Shown here in pieces: positions 1 to 17,014 of a stretch of 64,000 bases of DNA. Numbering within the stretch: position 1 is the stretch's first letter; every line of letters begins with the position of its first letter. The translations under genes were made by a program, and so were the position numbers. The stretch comes from the human T2T-CHM13v2.0 reference genome, Homo sapiens. A model generated the notes under the pieces. That model saw only the letters and a program-made list of their open reading frames with translations, searched no databases and had not been told where the DNA came from. The DNA lies in the NCBI RefSeq assembly GCF_009914755.1, contig NC_060933.1. The stretch is one strand, 5' to 3'.

Positions 1-710
<710 letters not shown>

Positions 711-852
711 GTGAATGCCAGCTCAGTTCTGGCTTCTCACAGGGTAGACAGTCACCCCGGTACCATCCAGCTGGGCATTTACCCTCCAACACCTGGGAGA
801 CACCAGGAGACACTTGGAGACACTGGTTGAGGGCTGCTCTTGGGACCACTAA

Positions 853-1220
<368 letters not shown>

Positions 1221-1259
1221 TGGACCTGTCTGACAATGATTCCGGCTTGATTATTATTC

Positions 1260-1775
1260 AGGTATGGTGAGGCCAGCAGATCAGTAGACAACTACCATTG
1301 AGAAGATAGCTTGCTATCACAGATCCCAAGTGGAAGAGGCCTCCACCCTTGAAGGGCCACACAGGGAAGCACCAGGGTTGGTCAGGAGGCAGAGGGAATG
1401 GGGGAAGTGTGGGCCGGAGCCTTTACTGTGGTTTTGAAGGAAGGCATGGGCAAGCAGGGCAAGCAGGCTGAGTACTGGCTGGTGTGAATCATTTCAGTGG
1501 GCTCTGGGGCACAGAGGCTCTTGCTGAGTGTCTGGTACCTGCCTCAGGGTGAGGAGTGCAGGGGGATGGTGGCCCAGAGTGTGGTAGCCCTGGAGAGGAG
1601 GTGTAGGATGTGGGCTCTGGGTTGGTTGGTTTGCACTTGAAAGGCATGATCACAGGCAAGTCCTTTACTCTCTAGGGACTGGCTATCCCTGGGAGGGGCT
1701 GTCACTCCAGGTCAGCAAGTCCCCAAGATGTCAAAGCATCAGAATACAGAAAATAAAAAAATATGATTAATATGG
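1260..1775 (-). mobile_element. ERVL LTR, MER74-like
   Basis: End ...gatgtcaaagcatcagaatacagaaaataaaa...tgattaata is the reverse complement of the recalled MER74 5' end. Confidence 0.6.
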
Positions 1776-2290
1776 GCCCCCAGAGGGAGTCTCCAGCCGC
1801 TAGAAGTTGGGCTGAGGCCCCCGAGTGGGCATGGCTGAGGAGACATGGCAGGCACAGACGGCATCTGCTACAGGTGACCAGACCAAAGTCAGCTGGCTCA
1901 GGACCAGGGTTTCAGCTCAGGGCAGCCTGATGCCAAATTCCACATTCTGAACTATAGCTCGGTTTGGTGAGAGGAGAGAAAAGAACAACAGGTGTTTTCC
2001 AGCGTCATTGACCACATTACCTATTCGGACTGTGTCTCACTTGCATGTTCTGCAGACCATCACCAGTGCCTGCTCTGTGCCTGGCCCCATGCTGGGCTCT
2101 GGGGCCACAGAGATGAGCCAGGCATGGTTCCTGCCCTTGAGGTATGATTTGTCTGCAGGGGATTTGAGGAGGGAGCAAACCTGTGGTCCAGCCCAACCCT
2201 GGATGGCTAGAGAATCCTTGCTGAAGAAGGTGGTGCCCGAGCTGAGTGCTGAAGCACCAGCAGGGCCACAGAGCTGAGCAGAGCGGGCAG

Positions 2291-2423
2291 GAAAGTCACT
2301 GCAGCTGGAACACAGTGGGGACAGGGCTGGGGCAGGGAAGTCACTGTAGCTGGAACACTGTACGGACAGGCTGGGGGAGGAAAGTCACTGCAGCTGGAAC
2401 ACTGTAGGGACAGGCTGGGGGAG
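2291..2423. repeat. Minisatellite, 3 copies of a 44-45 bp unit
   Basis: Unit gaaagtcactgcagctggaacactgtagggacaggctgggggag starting at 2291, 2336, 2380. Confidence 0.9.
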
Positions 2424-2565
2424 GGTGTCTCCTGCTCCACTGGGGAGTGAGGACTTTGCTCCTGGGCCCTGTGGATTTGGGAGATCTCCAGGGCCAGCAG
2501 CGTGGAGCACAGAGACAGGCAGAGCCTGTCAGTATTAATGAGTGGATGGAATAAAATTGGGAAGC

Positions 2566-3007
<442 letters not shown>

Positions 3008-3274
3008 TTAGCCCCCTGAAGGCTGCAGTGACATGATCCCCACCTAGGATCGCCATGTTCAGTTAAGCAGGTCATCCACTGCACAGAGGCACTAATGAAT
3101 ATGTACATACACTGAGATCCAGCCCATGTACCACCCTCAGGGATGTGGCCTCCTCCAAATTTGTACAAAGTCACCAAATGGGCTAGCTTTGGCCCTCTCC
3201 TTGCCCTCTGTAATTCTCTCTGAGGAGCCGAGAATGAGGTGGTTTCCAGGAGGGCTCAGGACCATGGGGGTTCA

Positions 3275-3717
<443 letters not shown>

Positions 3718-3979
3718 CTACGAAAGATGGTCTTGTCTCTGGTAATGGGCTGCACCCGCCTGCCTCCTAAGACAGCATCCTTACAGCTCAGAAGTACAGA
3801 CAAATGAAATGGGACATTCCGCTAAACAGTTTAGCAAATACGGGTAGGCACTAAGAACAAGCACCTCACCTGTATCTCCACCCGGTATTACCACCACACA
3901 CTTAGCACCCTCCAGCCACTCCCTGTGTTTGGATCTGTCTGTATATGTGTGTGTCTGTGTTTTATCAAAAAAAAATGGG

Positions 3980-4320
<341 letters not shown>

Positions 4321-4429
4321 TCAGCTTGATCTTGGTGTTCTAATGTGGAGCAGGCTTCTGGAGCTCAGGTGCACAGCAGATACTCAAGAAGTGGTTGAGA
4401 ACAACCTGGTCTGGTGCTCGTATCCAAAG

Positions 4430-4830
4430 CACAGTGGCACTTCAATTTGTTGACACTCCCATTGAAAGTGAGGTCTTTGACTCTGAGCTCTATTTTTGGT
4501 GAAAATAATATAACAGCAGTGTCGTTTCTGGGCTGAGGCCTTGAGAAACTGGCAGCTTCCACTTCCTGTCCTCTGGAATGCTTGCTCCTGGAAAGCCAGC
4601 CAGTAGGCTGTGAGAAAGCTCAAGCCGCCCTAGGGAGAGTAGTCAACAGCCTGCACCAGAGTGTCGGCCTGTGATGAGCCGGCCTGGGAATGGATCTGTG
4701 CTCCAGCTGAACCTCCCCGTGGAGCAGAGACCAGATGCTGGGTCCTGCCTAAATTGTAGGTTTGTGAGCAAAGGAAAGGATTATTGCCATTCTAAGAAGT
4801 ATCTGTGGTTATCCAGTGACAGGTACAGAG
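4430..4830 (+). mobile_element. MaLR LTR fragment (MLT1-type)
   Basis: gacactcccattga...gaaactggcagcttccacttcctg...tgtgagaaagctcaagcc typical of old MLT1. Confidence 0.55.
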
Positions 4831-5149
4831 GTACTGGAACCCTTGCCCAGCCAAGTGCCTCTACCTGGCCACAGTGATGAGGGTGATCCATCCTGGGATG
4901 AGATGTTAGGATCCTGGGAGAGAGCCTTGCTCTGCCTCTAGGACTGTGAGCTGCGAGGTCTTTGCTCAGAACCCCAAAGCTGCAGCATCCATGGTGGGGT
5001 GGAATAAGGCCGATAGACAGAGAAATGCATGCTGAGCGATGGAGAGACAGATGGAGCCCTGCAGACACATTTCCCCATCACCCACAACCTGCCTCCTTAT
5101 TCATCCATGGGTTTAACTTGGGTTTTTGTCCTTTGCAACTAAGGCAGCC

Positions 5150-5560
5150 ACTTAGCAAATATGTGACTCACAAGCTTAAGCCTCAGTTTCCCATCTGTAA
5201 AATGGGGATGGTGAAGCCCTCATCAACGTAACTGGGTGATTATTAGAAAACTGGAGCTGCCAGCGCAGGCAGAGGGAGAGGCAAGTGTAGACAGGGAGCC
5301 GCCAGCAGCCCTTCCTGCTCTCCACTTTCCTCCAAAGATGCAGCAAAGCTCCATCTATCACAGGCTCCACCCTTGGCCCTGGGACAGGAGTCCTAGCATG
5401 CCCATTTTGTGTGGGGGAGTGGGAGGAAACTGAGGCAAGGAGAGCCCAAGTCACATGCCCAGGTCCCACAGGCTGACCCCAGACAGGCTCCAAAGCCTGG
5501 TTTGTAGGGAGACTCTCCCCTCGCCGCAGGCCTCAGTCTCCCCATCTGTAAAACAGGAGA
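5150..5560. mobile_element. MIR SINE fragments (similar cores recur near 11970, 12460, 12985, 13970, 15725, 24690, 25250, 34090, 47760, 52105, 60660)
   Basis: MIR core gcctcagtttcccatctgtaaaatggg / gaaactgaggc. Confidence 0.7.
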
Positions 5561-7167
5561 CTTCCAAGGAGCTTCCTAAGGCTGAGTCTCTCTGATGTCT
5601 CTGTATGGATGAGTCTCAGCCAGCCTTACAGGCCACTGAGAGGCCACCCGAGGGCCATATCCAGATGTAACCCCCATACCCCCTGGCGGGGGGGCGGGCA
5701 GGAATGCCTTCTCCAAAGGTATAAGCCAGGGAACCTCAGCAGCCTGAGCAGAGACTCTGAGATTCAGCGGCATGGCTGCCAGACACACTGCACCTGCCCC
5801 AGGCTGTCAGGACCCTCTGATTCAGCCCTTTTTGAGAGGAGGTGGGGAAACTGGAGCCCAGGGGGTGTGGGCTTACCTGAGGCCACCAGAGGGCTGGTGA
5901 AGAGGCAGGATGAAAACACGCTGAGCCTGGGGGCTGGTGAGGGCAGAGCAGCCACTGCTCTTTCGGGGGCAGGGTGGGAGCTGGCAGGAAGCCTGTGGGG
6001 AGGGAGGAGGCGAGGCTCTCACCCTTCTCCAGTGACCAGGCACTTGGCGGCCCACGCTGCTCGCTACGCAGGTGCCGGGCATCAAAGAAGCTTAACTGGC
6101 TCTTCAGCATTAAGCCTCGGGCTGCCCTTGACCCACCTGTGCACCCCCTGACCTGCCAGCTTAACTGGGAACAGCTCCAGGCCAATGAAAGCACAACCCC
6201 CCACCTGAAATCCTATGCTTGGTTGTAACTCCTTAGAGCATGGTAATGCCGTGTAATCCTAGCAGCCGAGGACCCAGGTCAGTCCACATCTTTCCCGACA
6301 AGTGAACATCAGAATGGCCGTGGGAAATTTTGCAATAGTTTACATTTACAAAGCATTTAAAATCCTTGTTTCTTATCAGAGAATAGATACATGCTCATTG
6401 TGGAAAATTCAGAAAGTACAAAAAGAGTTGAGGGGTGGGAAAAAAGATGACCTGCTATCTGCCAGCCCAGTGGTGGCCAGGTAAAGGCCTTGGTGTGCAG
6501 GATGAGCATGGGGGGAGCAGCCCCTGGCCAGAGTTTGTCCCTCCTAGGCCCAGCTGTATCCCAGCTTCTAAACTGGCCTGGCATGCAGTAGGTGTTTGGT
6601 AGTAGCTGTTCCATGAATCTGTCATTCCTTCTGCCCTCTGGGCGCCTTGCTTTGTGTCTCTGCATCACCATTTCTGAACCTGAGGGCGGCAGCTCGATGT
6701 CATGTCACCCAGGCTGACTGATCTGCTTGTGCAGGCTGCAGCCAGGTAGGACAGTCTGGTGGTCACAGCTCAGGCCCCAGCAGGGGAGTACCCCCGGGGA
6801 GGGGCCTTTGTCGCTCTGCACAGTGGGGACAGGGCTCTTGCCTTGCTTTAGGAGGATAAGTGGTGGGTGTTGAGGGCTCCAGATGGCCCAGCAGAAAACA
6901 TTTTTGGGAAAATTGTTTTCTCTGCAAACATCTGGCCTGCTAGAGCTTCAAGGTCAGGTTACTTTTTTTTTTTCTTTTTTTGCTTTTAGTTTTTAAAAGG
7001 TAATACAGTTTTTAAAAAGAGAGGACACCCATGAGGCCACCAATGCTTCCCTGACTCTTACCTTTTGCAAAAGAACTTTCTGGACGTGGTCTATTGTGAG
7101 AGGTTTTCAGAACAAAAATCTCATTTTTCTATTGAGTAAAAACTAAAATCAAGAATAAAGCAAAACA

Positions 7168-7479
<312 letters not shown>

Positions 7480-7946
7480 TTAGATTTCCACAATTATTAT
7501 CTAATTTTAGAAAAACTCACCAAGCCAAGAACTCTGCCACCACCAGACTTCTGCATGGGTCCCCTCCCAGGCCACCATGGCCCATGGGTGCTGAGTCAGG
7601 CAAATCAAGGGTTGAGGAAGGCTTCCTGGGGGTGGCAACACCTCAGCTAAGGTCTGAGGAAAGAGGAAACTCCCAAGCCAGACCCTCACCTTCCTCTGGA
7701 AACCTCTGGCAGCGCACAAGACCCCCATGTTACAGAGTGGAACACTGAGCCCCAGGGCTGGCAGGCCTCCCCTGCCTCCCAGGTTCCATCCAACAAGTGT
7801 CCACTGACAGTGCACTGTGTGCTCCCAGTTGCAAATGGAGCTGGGAAGAGGCTGTGGCTTTGGTCAGTTCCTCAGGCTGTGCCTGACTCTGCTTCCTTCT
7901 CCCGGCCTGCCTCACCAGCAGCCAGCAGCCCATCCGTTCCTCCTAG

Positions 7947-8172
<226 letters not shown>

Positions 8173-9065
8173 CATATCCGGCCACATGTCCATAGCTCCA
8201 CACCTGGCCACATGTCCTCTTCATTTCAGAGACGTGACACAGGCTGAGCAGGCCTTAAGGACAGGCAGCACGAAATGGCTCTGACAGGGAGTGCCATCAG
8301 GGAGGGCTCCATGGAGAAGGAGGGTGAGGAAGGCAAGGAGACACACCCAAGCAGGCAGAGCCTAAGCACTGCTCCCAGTTTGTGCCTAGACTTGGAGAGT
8401 CTGGGAAACCAGGCAACTAGGACAGCTGAGCGGGTGGGCCAAGCTCAAAAGCTGACGGGCCTTCACAGTCCAGCTTAGAGGCCACCACTCCATCCTGAGC
8501 ACATCACAGTCTCTCACTTGCCTTGAGAGGGTGGCAGGACAATGTCCACCCCTCAGATGAGAACACGAAGACTCAGTGCAAGGGTGCCCACCCCTGCCCC
8601 AGGGATCAGGGAAGCCTGTCAGAGAGCCATGGTTCTCACCATGGAAGGGGGCACCCCAGGCGGTTGTCCCTAGTGGGCCAGTGCCGTTCTTTTCACATGC
8701 CTCAGTTTCGCCCACGTGCATGGCTAGAATAGCTGGGCTTTCTAGGAGCAAACCATTCCAAGGGCCTGGGAAAAGGTGGACAAGATGGCCCTGATCAGTG
8801 TTCAAATAGGTGACAGGCCCACCTCCAGAACCAGCCTCAGATCCCTCCCATAGCTCCTGAAGATGGCCTTTTGGCAGCAAATGGGTGTTCTGAGCCACAG
8901 CAAGGCATACAGTTCCCTGTGGAAACGACATGACAGAGGTCCTTAGGCCACCTCCAGGTCCCCTAACAGTACAAATGGAGGCCCAGCGCCACAAGCCTGA
9001 ATGTCCACAACCCAACCAAGCGACAGACTGCTCAGAAAAACATGCTCTTTCCTCCTTGATCCCAC

Positions 9066-9810
<745 letters not shown>

Positions 9811-11129
9811 TCCTAAATGGCCAGGTGTTTAGCATTTGAAGGCTCCTGAAGGCCTGGGTCACAGCGTGGTGGCTTAGGGAGCTGCAGGCAGCCTGGTGTT
9901 TTCCATCCCCACCTAGCTCCACCCAGCTATTGGAGGGCTGCCCCAGACCTCCCTCCCAGCCCTGTCCATGCACCTACAGGCAGTGGCCTTCTGCCTGGTG
10001 GTGCATGGTGGGCAAAACCAGGGAAGGGACCACACAGGCCTGAGAGGTGGGCTAGGGGCCACTTGGCAAGACATTCTGGGGTCCCAGAGTGTGGTCTGGA
10101 GTGGGCACTGCTGATGGCCCTGCCCTTCCCGACATGGCAGAAAGAATACACATGCTTGATTTTGAATAAAGGAGATTGAAGTAAGCCATCGTGTGTGACC
10201 CACAAGTCCAAGTGGGAAGAACATATCAGGGGTGACGCCAACCCTGATGGCGAAAGGGGGAGGGCCCCTCACGTTTCACACTGAACCTCAGCTTTGGAGG
10301 GCTCGGAAAGCAGAGACGGGGAGGGGCTGCCCTGCTGGAACCCTGCTTCATGGTCCACCTGAACATCCACACTCTTCACGGTCACCTGCCAGGCACTCTA
10401 GAGCCAGCCTGGCCCACCTGGGCCACCTTCTGCGCTCCTGGAGGCATGCCTAAGCCAGCCGCACTGGGCTTCTGCTGCCACACATTGCCAAACCAGGGCC
10501 TTTGCACCTGCTGTTCCCTCTGCCAGGATTGCCTTTGCCAGCTCCACAGGAATAGGCATGGCTCAGGTGGTCTCCCACAAGCAGCCCAAGATCCAGGATG
10601 TCTGAGGCCTGACACCACACCCAACCCTTTGGTGGCTGCCTGGGCAGGGGGCTAAGCCTGGGTTGGGTGGGGTCAGAGGGAGAGAAAGAGCCCGGATCAC
10701 AGCTCTGGGCCTGCTGCAAGTGGAGCTGGGTGGGAAGGGGAAGCCAGGAGAAGGGAGGCCTCCAGGTGTGGTGGGCCCTGCAGACAGACCCCAGGGCTTT
10801 CCATCCTGTTTCCCCCAGCCGGGGGCCCCTCAGTGAGAACCGAAGACAACAAGGGCACCCAGACCTCAGTGTGCCTCAGACGGCCTGGCCCAGTGAGAGA
10901 CAGGGAAAGAAGGCTGGGTCCACACAGGACTCTGGGGGTGAGTGGGTTACGGGAGGGGCGGGCCGGGGAGGCGTTTTGCTGTTTGCCCTTTGGTACCGGC
11001 CGAATCCGGCACCCTGAGAAGGCAAAATCCTGCTCAAAAAATAAAAACACAGAAGCACATGGAAAAACCACACTAGGAGTGAAGGTGAGAACAGGAAGGG
11101 ATGGGGGAAGGGTGTTGGGCAGAGGTAGC

Positions 11130-12330
<1,201 letters not shown>

Positions 12331-13218
12331 GGCTAAGGCTCTGCGCAGGAGGAAGCTGAGGCCCGGAGTGGGGTGGGCTGGACCAGGTCACACTGTCAGC
12401 CTGCAGCCCCAGGGAACTGGCAGGAAGGTGGCAGGAGAATGGCTTCCTCTCACAGTTGGGGAAACTGCGGCTCAGGGAGCTAATTCACCGAGCAGAGGTC
12501 CGCAGCTCAGCAAAGTGGGCGCTGAGACTTGTTCCTGGCGCTGGTGGATTTGGTTTATTTAGTTTGACTCTGGCAGCCTAATGTCCAGAGTCCCTAATTT
12601 GGTGTTGGGGTGATGAGCACTTTTGCTCCTGTGTTTGAGCAAGGCCTGCCCAGGGCCTGGTACTACCTGAGGAGCCCCTTCTACTGGCACAACAGCCTGG
12701 GGGCGTGGGTGCCAGTGCCCTTTGGATAGCCTTGACTTGCCCAAGGTCAGCCCAAGGCCAGGGAGTATCTGGAGGCTCTGGCATATTTGCATACAAAAGG
12801 CTGTTTGCCTTGGAATTTGTGCTGGGAATGGAGCTTAGTCTGGCACCCTGTGCTCTTGTTCATCCTGCCTGGCCCTGGCTCTGCCTCTGACCACCATGAC
12901 CACTTCCCAGGCACTGGCCCCCTTGTTGGAGTTTTGGGTTAGGATCCCCCCTGTGACCTGGGGTGAGTCGCTGTACCTCTGTGCCTCAGTTTCCCCATGT
13001 GCCCCAGTTTCCCCACTGTATACCTGCCCCCAAGCTTGTGGACAGGCCCAGTGGAGCCCAGGGAGGGTACTTGTTCTGGTGCAGGGATGATGCCATCATC
13101 TGGACTCCATCACTCCCCTGCCATGTGACCTCAGTTTCTTGCTCTGTGAAATGTGCTGTGAAGTTAGAGGCTGGGGGGTTGGGAGCCTTTGGAGAGGATT
13201 TGACACTAAAACACCACT

Positions 13219-13528
13219 GACCAGGAGTGGTGGCTCATGCCTCTAATCCCACACTTTGGGAGGCTGAGGTGGGCGGATTGCTTGAGTCCAGGAGCTCGAA
13301 ACCAACCTGGGTAACATAGCAAGACCCCGTATCTACAAAAAATGCAAAAAAAAAATTAGCTGAGCATGGTGGCATGCGCCTGTAGTCCCAGCTATTCGGG
13401 AGGCTGAAAGGTGGAAGGATTGCTTTCGTCCAGAGTTCGAGGCTACAGTGAGCTGTGATCACCTCACTGCACTCCACCCTGGGCAACAGAGCGAGATTCT
13501 GTCTCAAAACAAAACAAAAACCAAAAAC
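13219..13528 (+). mobile_element. Alu SINE (AluJ)
   Basis: J-type ggattgcttgag...aacatagcaagaccc. Confidence 0.9.
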
Positions 13529-15569
13529 ATAGCACGGGGATGTGTGTTTTTCCCACCATCTTTAAAATGGGGCCATTACCACTGGTTTTCCTAGAGTAGA
13601 TATGAAGAGCACAGTAGTGTGGACAGACTGATCTTCCTGAGAGGCAGGAAGTGGTCTTCCCTCATCTCCCATGAGCGCCCTGGGAGAAGGGCAGGGCGCG
13701 GGGGAGACTAGCTCAGAGTAGGAGTTTATCATGTTTGTTGTATGACTGGCCCCTGGCCCTGCTCCCAGGTCAGCCCCAGCACTCCCTGATCTGGGAGATT
13801 GTCCAGGAAAGCAGGGTTCCAGTGGCTGTAGGTAACCCCCCTGGCATCCGTGGAAGGGCCTTGGAGGAAGGGCCTGGAGAGGGGGTAGCAGGAGGCATGC
13901 TCTGCTGGTGCCTTCTTGGCTTCACCCCTGAACTCCTGCCCCAGAACTGGACTGTGTCCATTTTACAGAGGAGAAACTGAGACCCCGTGAATGCATGTGT
14001 AAATCAAAGCAAGGCAGACACACCCTGTGATGCCTGGCTATGGCCTCCTGCCACCCATTGGCATCGAAAGAGCTGCTGGTAGAAGGCATAGGTTCCCGGA
14101 CCCTCGGTTTTCCACCAGGGATGTGGGAGTACATGTTCCTCATTTGGAATTAGCCCAGCTCTTTTATGGAGGATTGTGTGCTTTCCACATCCTGAGGCCA
14201 CCCTGCTGCTCAGCCTGGAGATGGAAGGCAGAAGTGGCTCTGAAGCCTGTGCTCACCCTCCATGTGGAGATGGGCTCAGAGAGGGCAAGTGACTTACCTG
14301 AAGACACACAGCCAGGGCTGTGGGACACCCACATGTAGTGTTGGGGCCAGGCCTGTCCCCACTGCCAGGGTCTTGGGGGTCCTGTTCTCAAAGCACCTCT
14401 GTGTGCAAAAGTCACCCCCTTTAAACTCTGAGAAATTCCTCCTGAAGGTTCCTGTTTCACATTTGGGGGAACTGAGACCCAGATTGAGGTCACACAGGGA
14501 CTCACTGGCAGGTGGGGATCGAGTCTAGGTGAGACTGGGTTCAGCAGCCTGCCTCTGTCACTCTCTCCCACAGCCTCAGCCAGCATAAAAGGGAACATAG
14601 TTACTTAATCCCACAGCAGGCGAGGTCAGGTTATAGGGGCTGTGTGGCGAATCCCAGGAGGGAGGATGGAGGGGCCGACCTGAGGTCCAAGGTTCCAGAT
14701 AAAAGATTAACAAGTACGGATTGTTCTCAGACGCCCGGCTGGCCTCACAGGCTGGGAGGATGAGAATCCACCCGGTCAGGCTTGGCCCCCTCCGTACATA
14801 AGGCCAGGGAGGGAGGAAGCGCAGCTGCAGCAGGTGGCCAGGCAGAGGCGCAGGCGCGGCATGTGGGCTGAGGGCCGCTCAGGCATCACACAGGTGTGGC
14901 CCTGAGGTACCCATTGGTCCTCTCCACCTGCCCCTGAGCCGTGGGAGGGCCAGGCAGGGCCTCGTGTGTTTTTATTTTGTATCTTGTTTGCATCAAATCC
15001 GTTTTCTGTTGTTTTTCCCTCTTCTTTAAGATTTACATGCAAAGGGATCTAAAGGGTGCCAGGTAAGAAATGCCCCAGCACTAGGCTGGCAGACCAAGGG
15101 CAGCCACAACCATGGGCTGGGGAACAGCAGGTGGGTAGGATGGGGCTGGAGGGCAGGACGGATCCAGAGAGGCAAGGCCTCTGCCTCCAGCTTTAGGGAA
15201 CAGACATCCTCAAAGACAGCTGGGGTGTGGGGTCCTCTGCAGGGGTGAGGCACAGGAGGGCCATCTGCAGGCAGCTGGGAGTTCATGAGTATTTGAAGCA
15301 GGGGAGGGGACAGGGGACAGATGGGATCTGCCTCTCATGCATCAGGCATGGGGAGGGGCTCAGGAGGTCAGTGAGGGGTGGCCCTGGGTCCCCTGGGAGT
15401 CCGGGAGTCTCTGTGTGAGCAGGACTTGGCTGTGCGGTGGTTAGAGACAAGGGTGATCCACCAGCTCCATCCTCATGCCTTGGTGATTTCTTGGAATGTC
15501 CCTGGGAGTTGGGTGCAGGTAGAGACTTTGTAGACCATAGCTCCTGGCACTGTGCTGCCTGCCTGCCCC

Positions 15570-15637
15570 ATCCTGGCTGTGAGTTCGCTGTGAATCCTAC
15601 GGAATCCTGGCTGTGAGTTCGCTGTGAATCCTATGGA
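15570..15637. repeat. 34-bp tandem duplication
   Basis: atcctggctgtgagttcgctgtgaatccta(c/t)gga x2, one mismatch. Confidence 0.95.
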
Positions 15638-16725
15638 AAGGGCTACCCCAAGGGGACAGGAGTCCAGCCTCCTACTCTTGGCACTGCCATCATGCAGCCA
15701 GGGGCCTTGGGCAGGTTTGTGGGCCTCAGTTTCCTCATCTGGAAAATGGAGCCAGCCCAGAGAAAGTGTTTCCTGGCCTCCCAGGCTCAGGAAAGGAGTA
15801 CAGGAGACCCCACTGGGGCCTGGAGGGTTGAAGGTCCCCTGTATGCTGCAGACCTTGGGGATCAAGGGCTAAGGGCTGAAGTTTCCCTGTGTTCCATGGA
15901 CCTTGGGGATTGAGGCCCAGGGCCCCAGTAGGGCTCATGTCCTGGGCTGCTCAAGCCCTGACCTAGGGAGTGATCCTGTGCACCAGATCCTGCTCCAAGA
16001 TCTCCATAGGGCAGTCCTGCTCTTCCCAGACCCCAGGCGGGCAAGTCACCAGTTTTGCAGACGGGGAAGTTGAGGCTGAGCCAGGTGAGAAATTCAGGTC
16101 CAAGACCTGCTGCTGGGATGGGTCTTGTCAGGATCAGACCCCAGGAACCTACTGGTTAGCCCTCCAGGAAGCCTGCCCACCCAACTGGGGGCTAAGAGGG
16201 GGCATTGCCGGTCAGTGGCTTCTCTTTCTGTGGCCCCTGCAGCAAGAGAGGCCACAGGAACATGACTTTGCCTCCCTGTGCCCCCTTGGCTGAGGGCTTA
16301 AAGGAGGTTGGACCTCTTGGCCACCCTGAGGAGGCAGGTCAGGGCTGTGAGCCTTGAGCAAGGACTCACCCTACCCTCCCTCCTACCAGTTACTTCCCCC
16401 AGACCCTCTGCTTGACTTATAAAGGAAAGCCATTCCAGCAGTGCACTTACATTAGGACCTGGGCATGAGACCCTTCTTCTGGTCAGCTGGCTAGAAATGC
16501 AGGGTCTGAGGCCAGGACTGCGTTTAAGGCCCCCCAGCCCCACCAGGCACCATCCTTCTCTGCTCATGGACAGTTGGGCTGGCATCAGTTTTACTGGGCT
16601 TGTATTCCAAATCGTTCTATACTTTTATTTGAGTTTTTAATTTGACGGCGCATCCCGGACTTCTTGTAGGTCAGTGTTACCTCGCTGGCTGGTCCCCTTT
16701 CTTTGGTTGTGGGTGGTGACTTCAC

Positions 16726-17014
16726 CTTTTTTTTTGAGACAGAGTCTCACTTTGTCAACCAGGCTAGAGTACAGTGCCGTGATCTTGGCTCACTGCGGCT
16801 TCTGCCTCCTGGTTCAAGCAATTCTCCTGCCTCAGCCTCCTAAGTAGCTGGGACTACAGGTGCACACCGCCACGCCTAGCTACTTTTTGTATTTTTAATA
16901 GAGACAGGGTTTCACCATGTTGGCCAGGATGGTCTTGATCTCCTGACCTTGTGATCTGCCCACCTTGGCCTCCCAAAGTGCTGGGAGTACAGGCGTGAGC
17001 CACCGCACCCAGCC
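16726..17014 (-). mobile_element. Alu SINE
   Basis: Dimer; TSD gacttcacc. Confidence 0.95.

Noticed and set aside
2291-2423. Possible CRISPR-like repeat array
   Set aside because: Whole units repeat with no unique spacers; no cas genes; primate DNA
12385-12399. Imperfect EREs GGTCAcacTGTCA (also at 47801)
   Set aside because: Two mismatches in one half-site; common by chance
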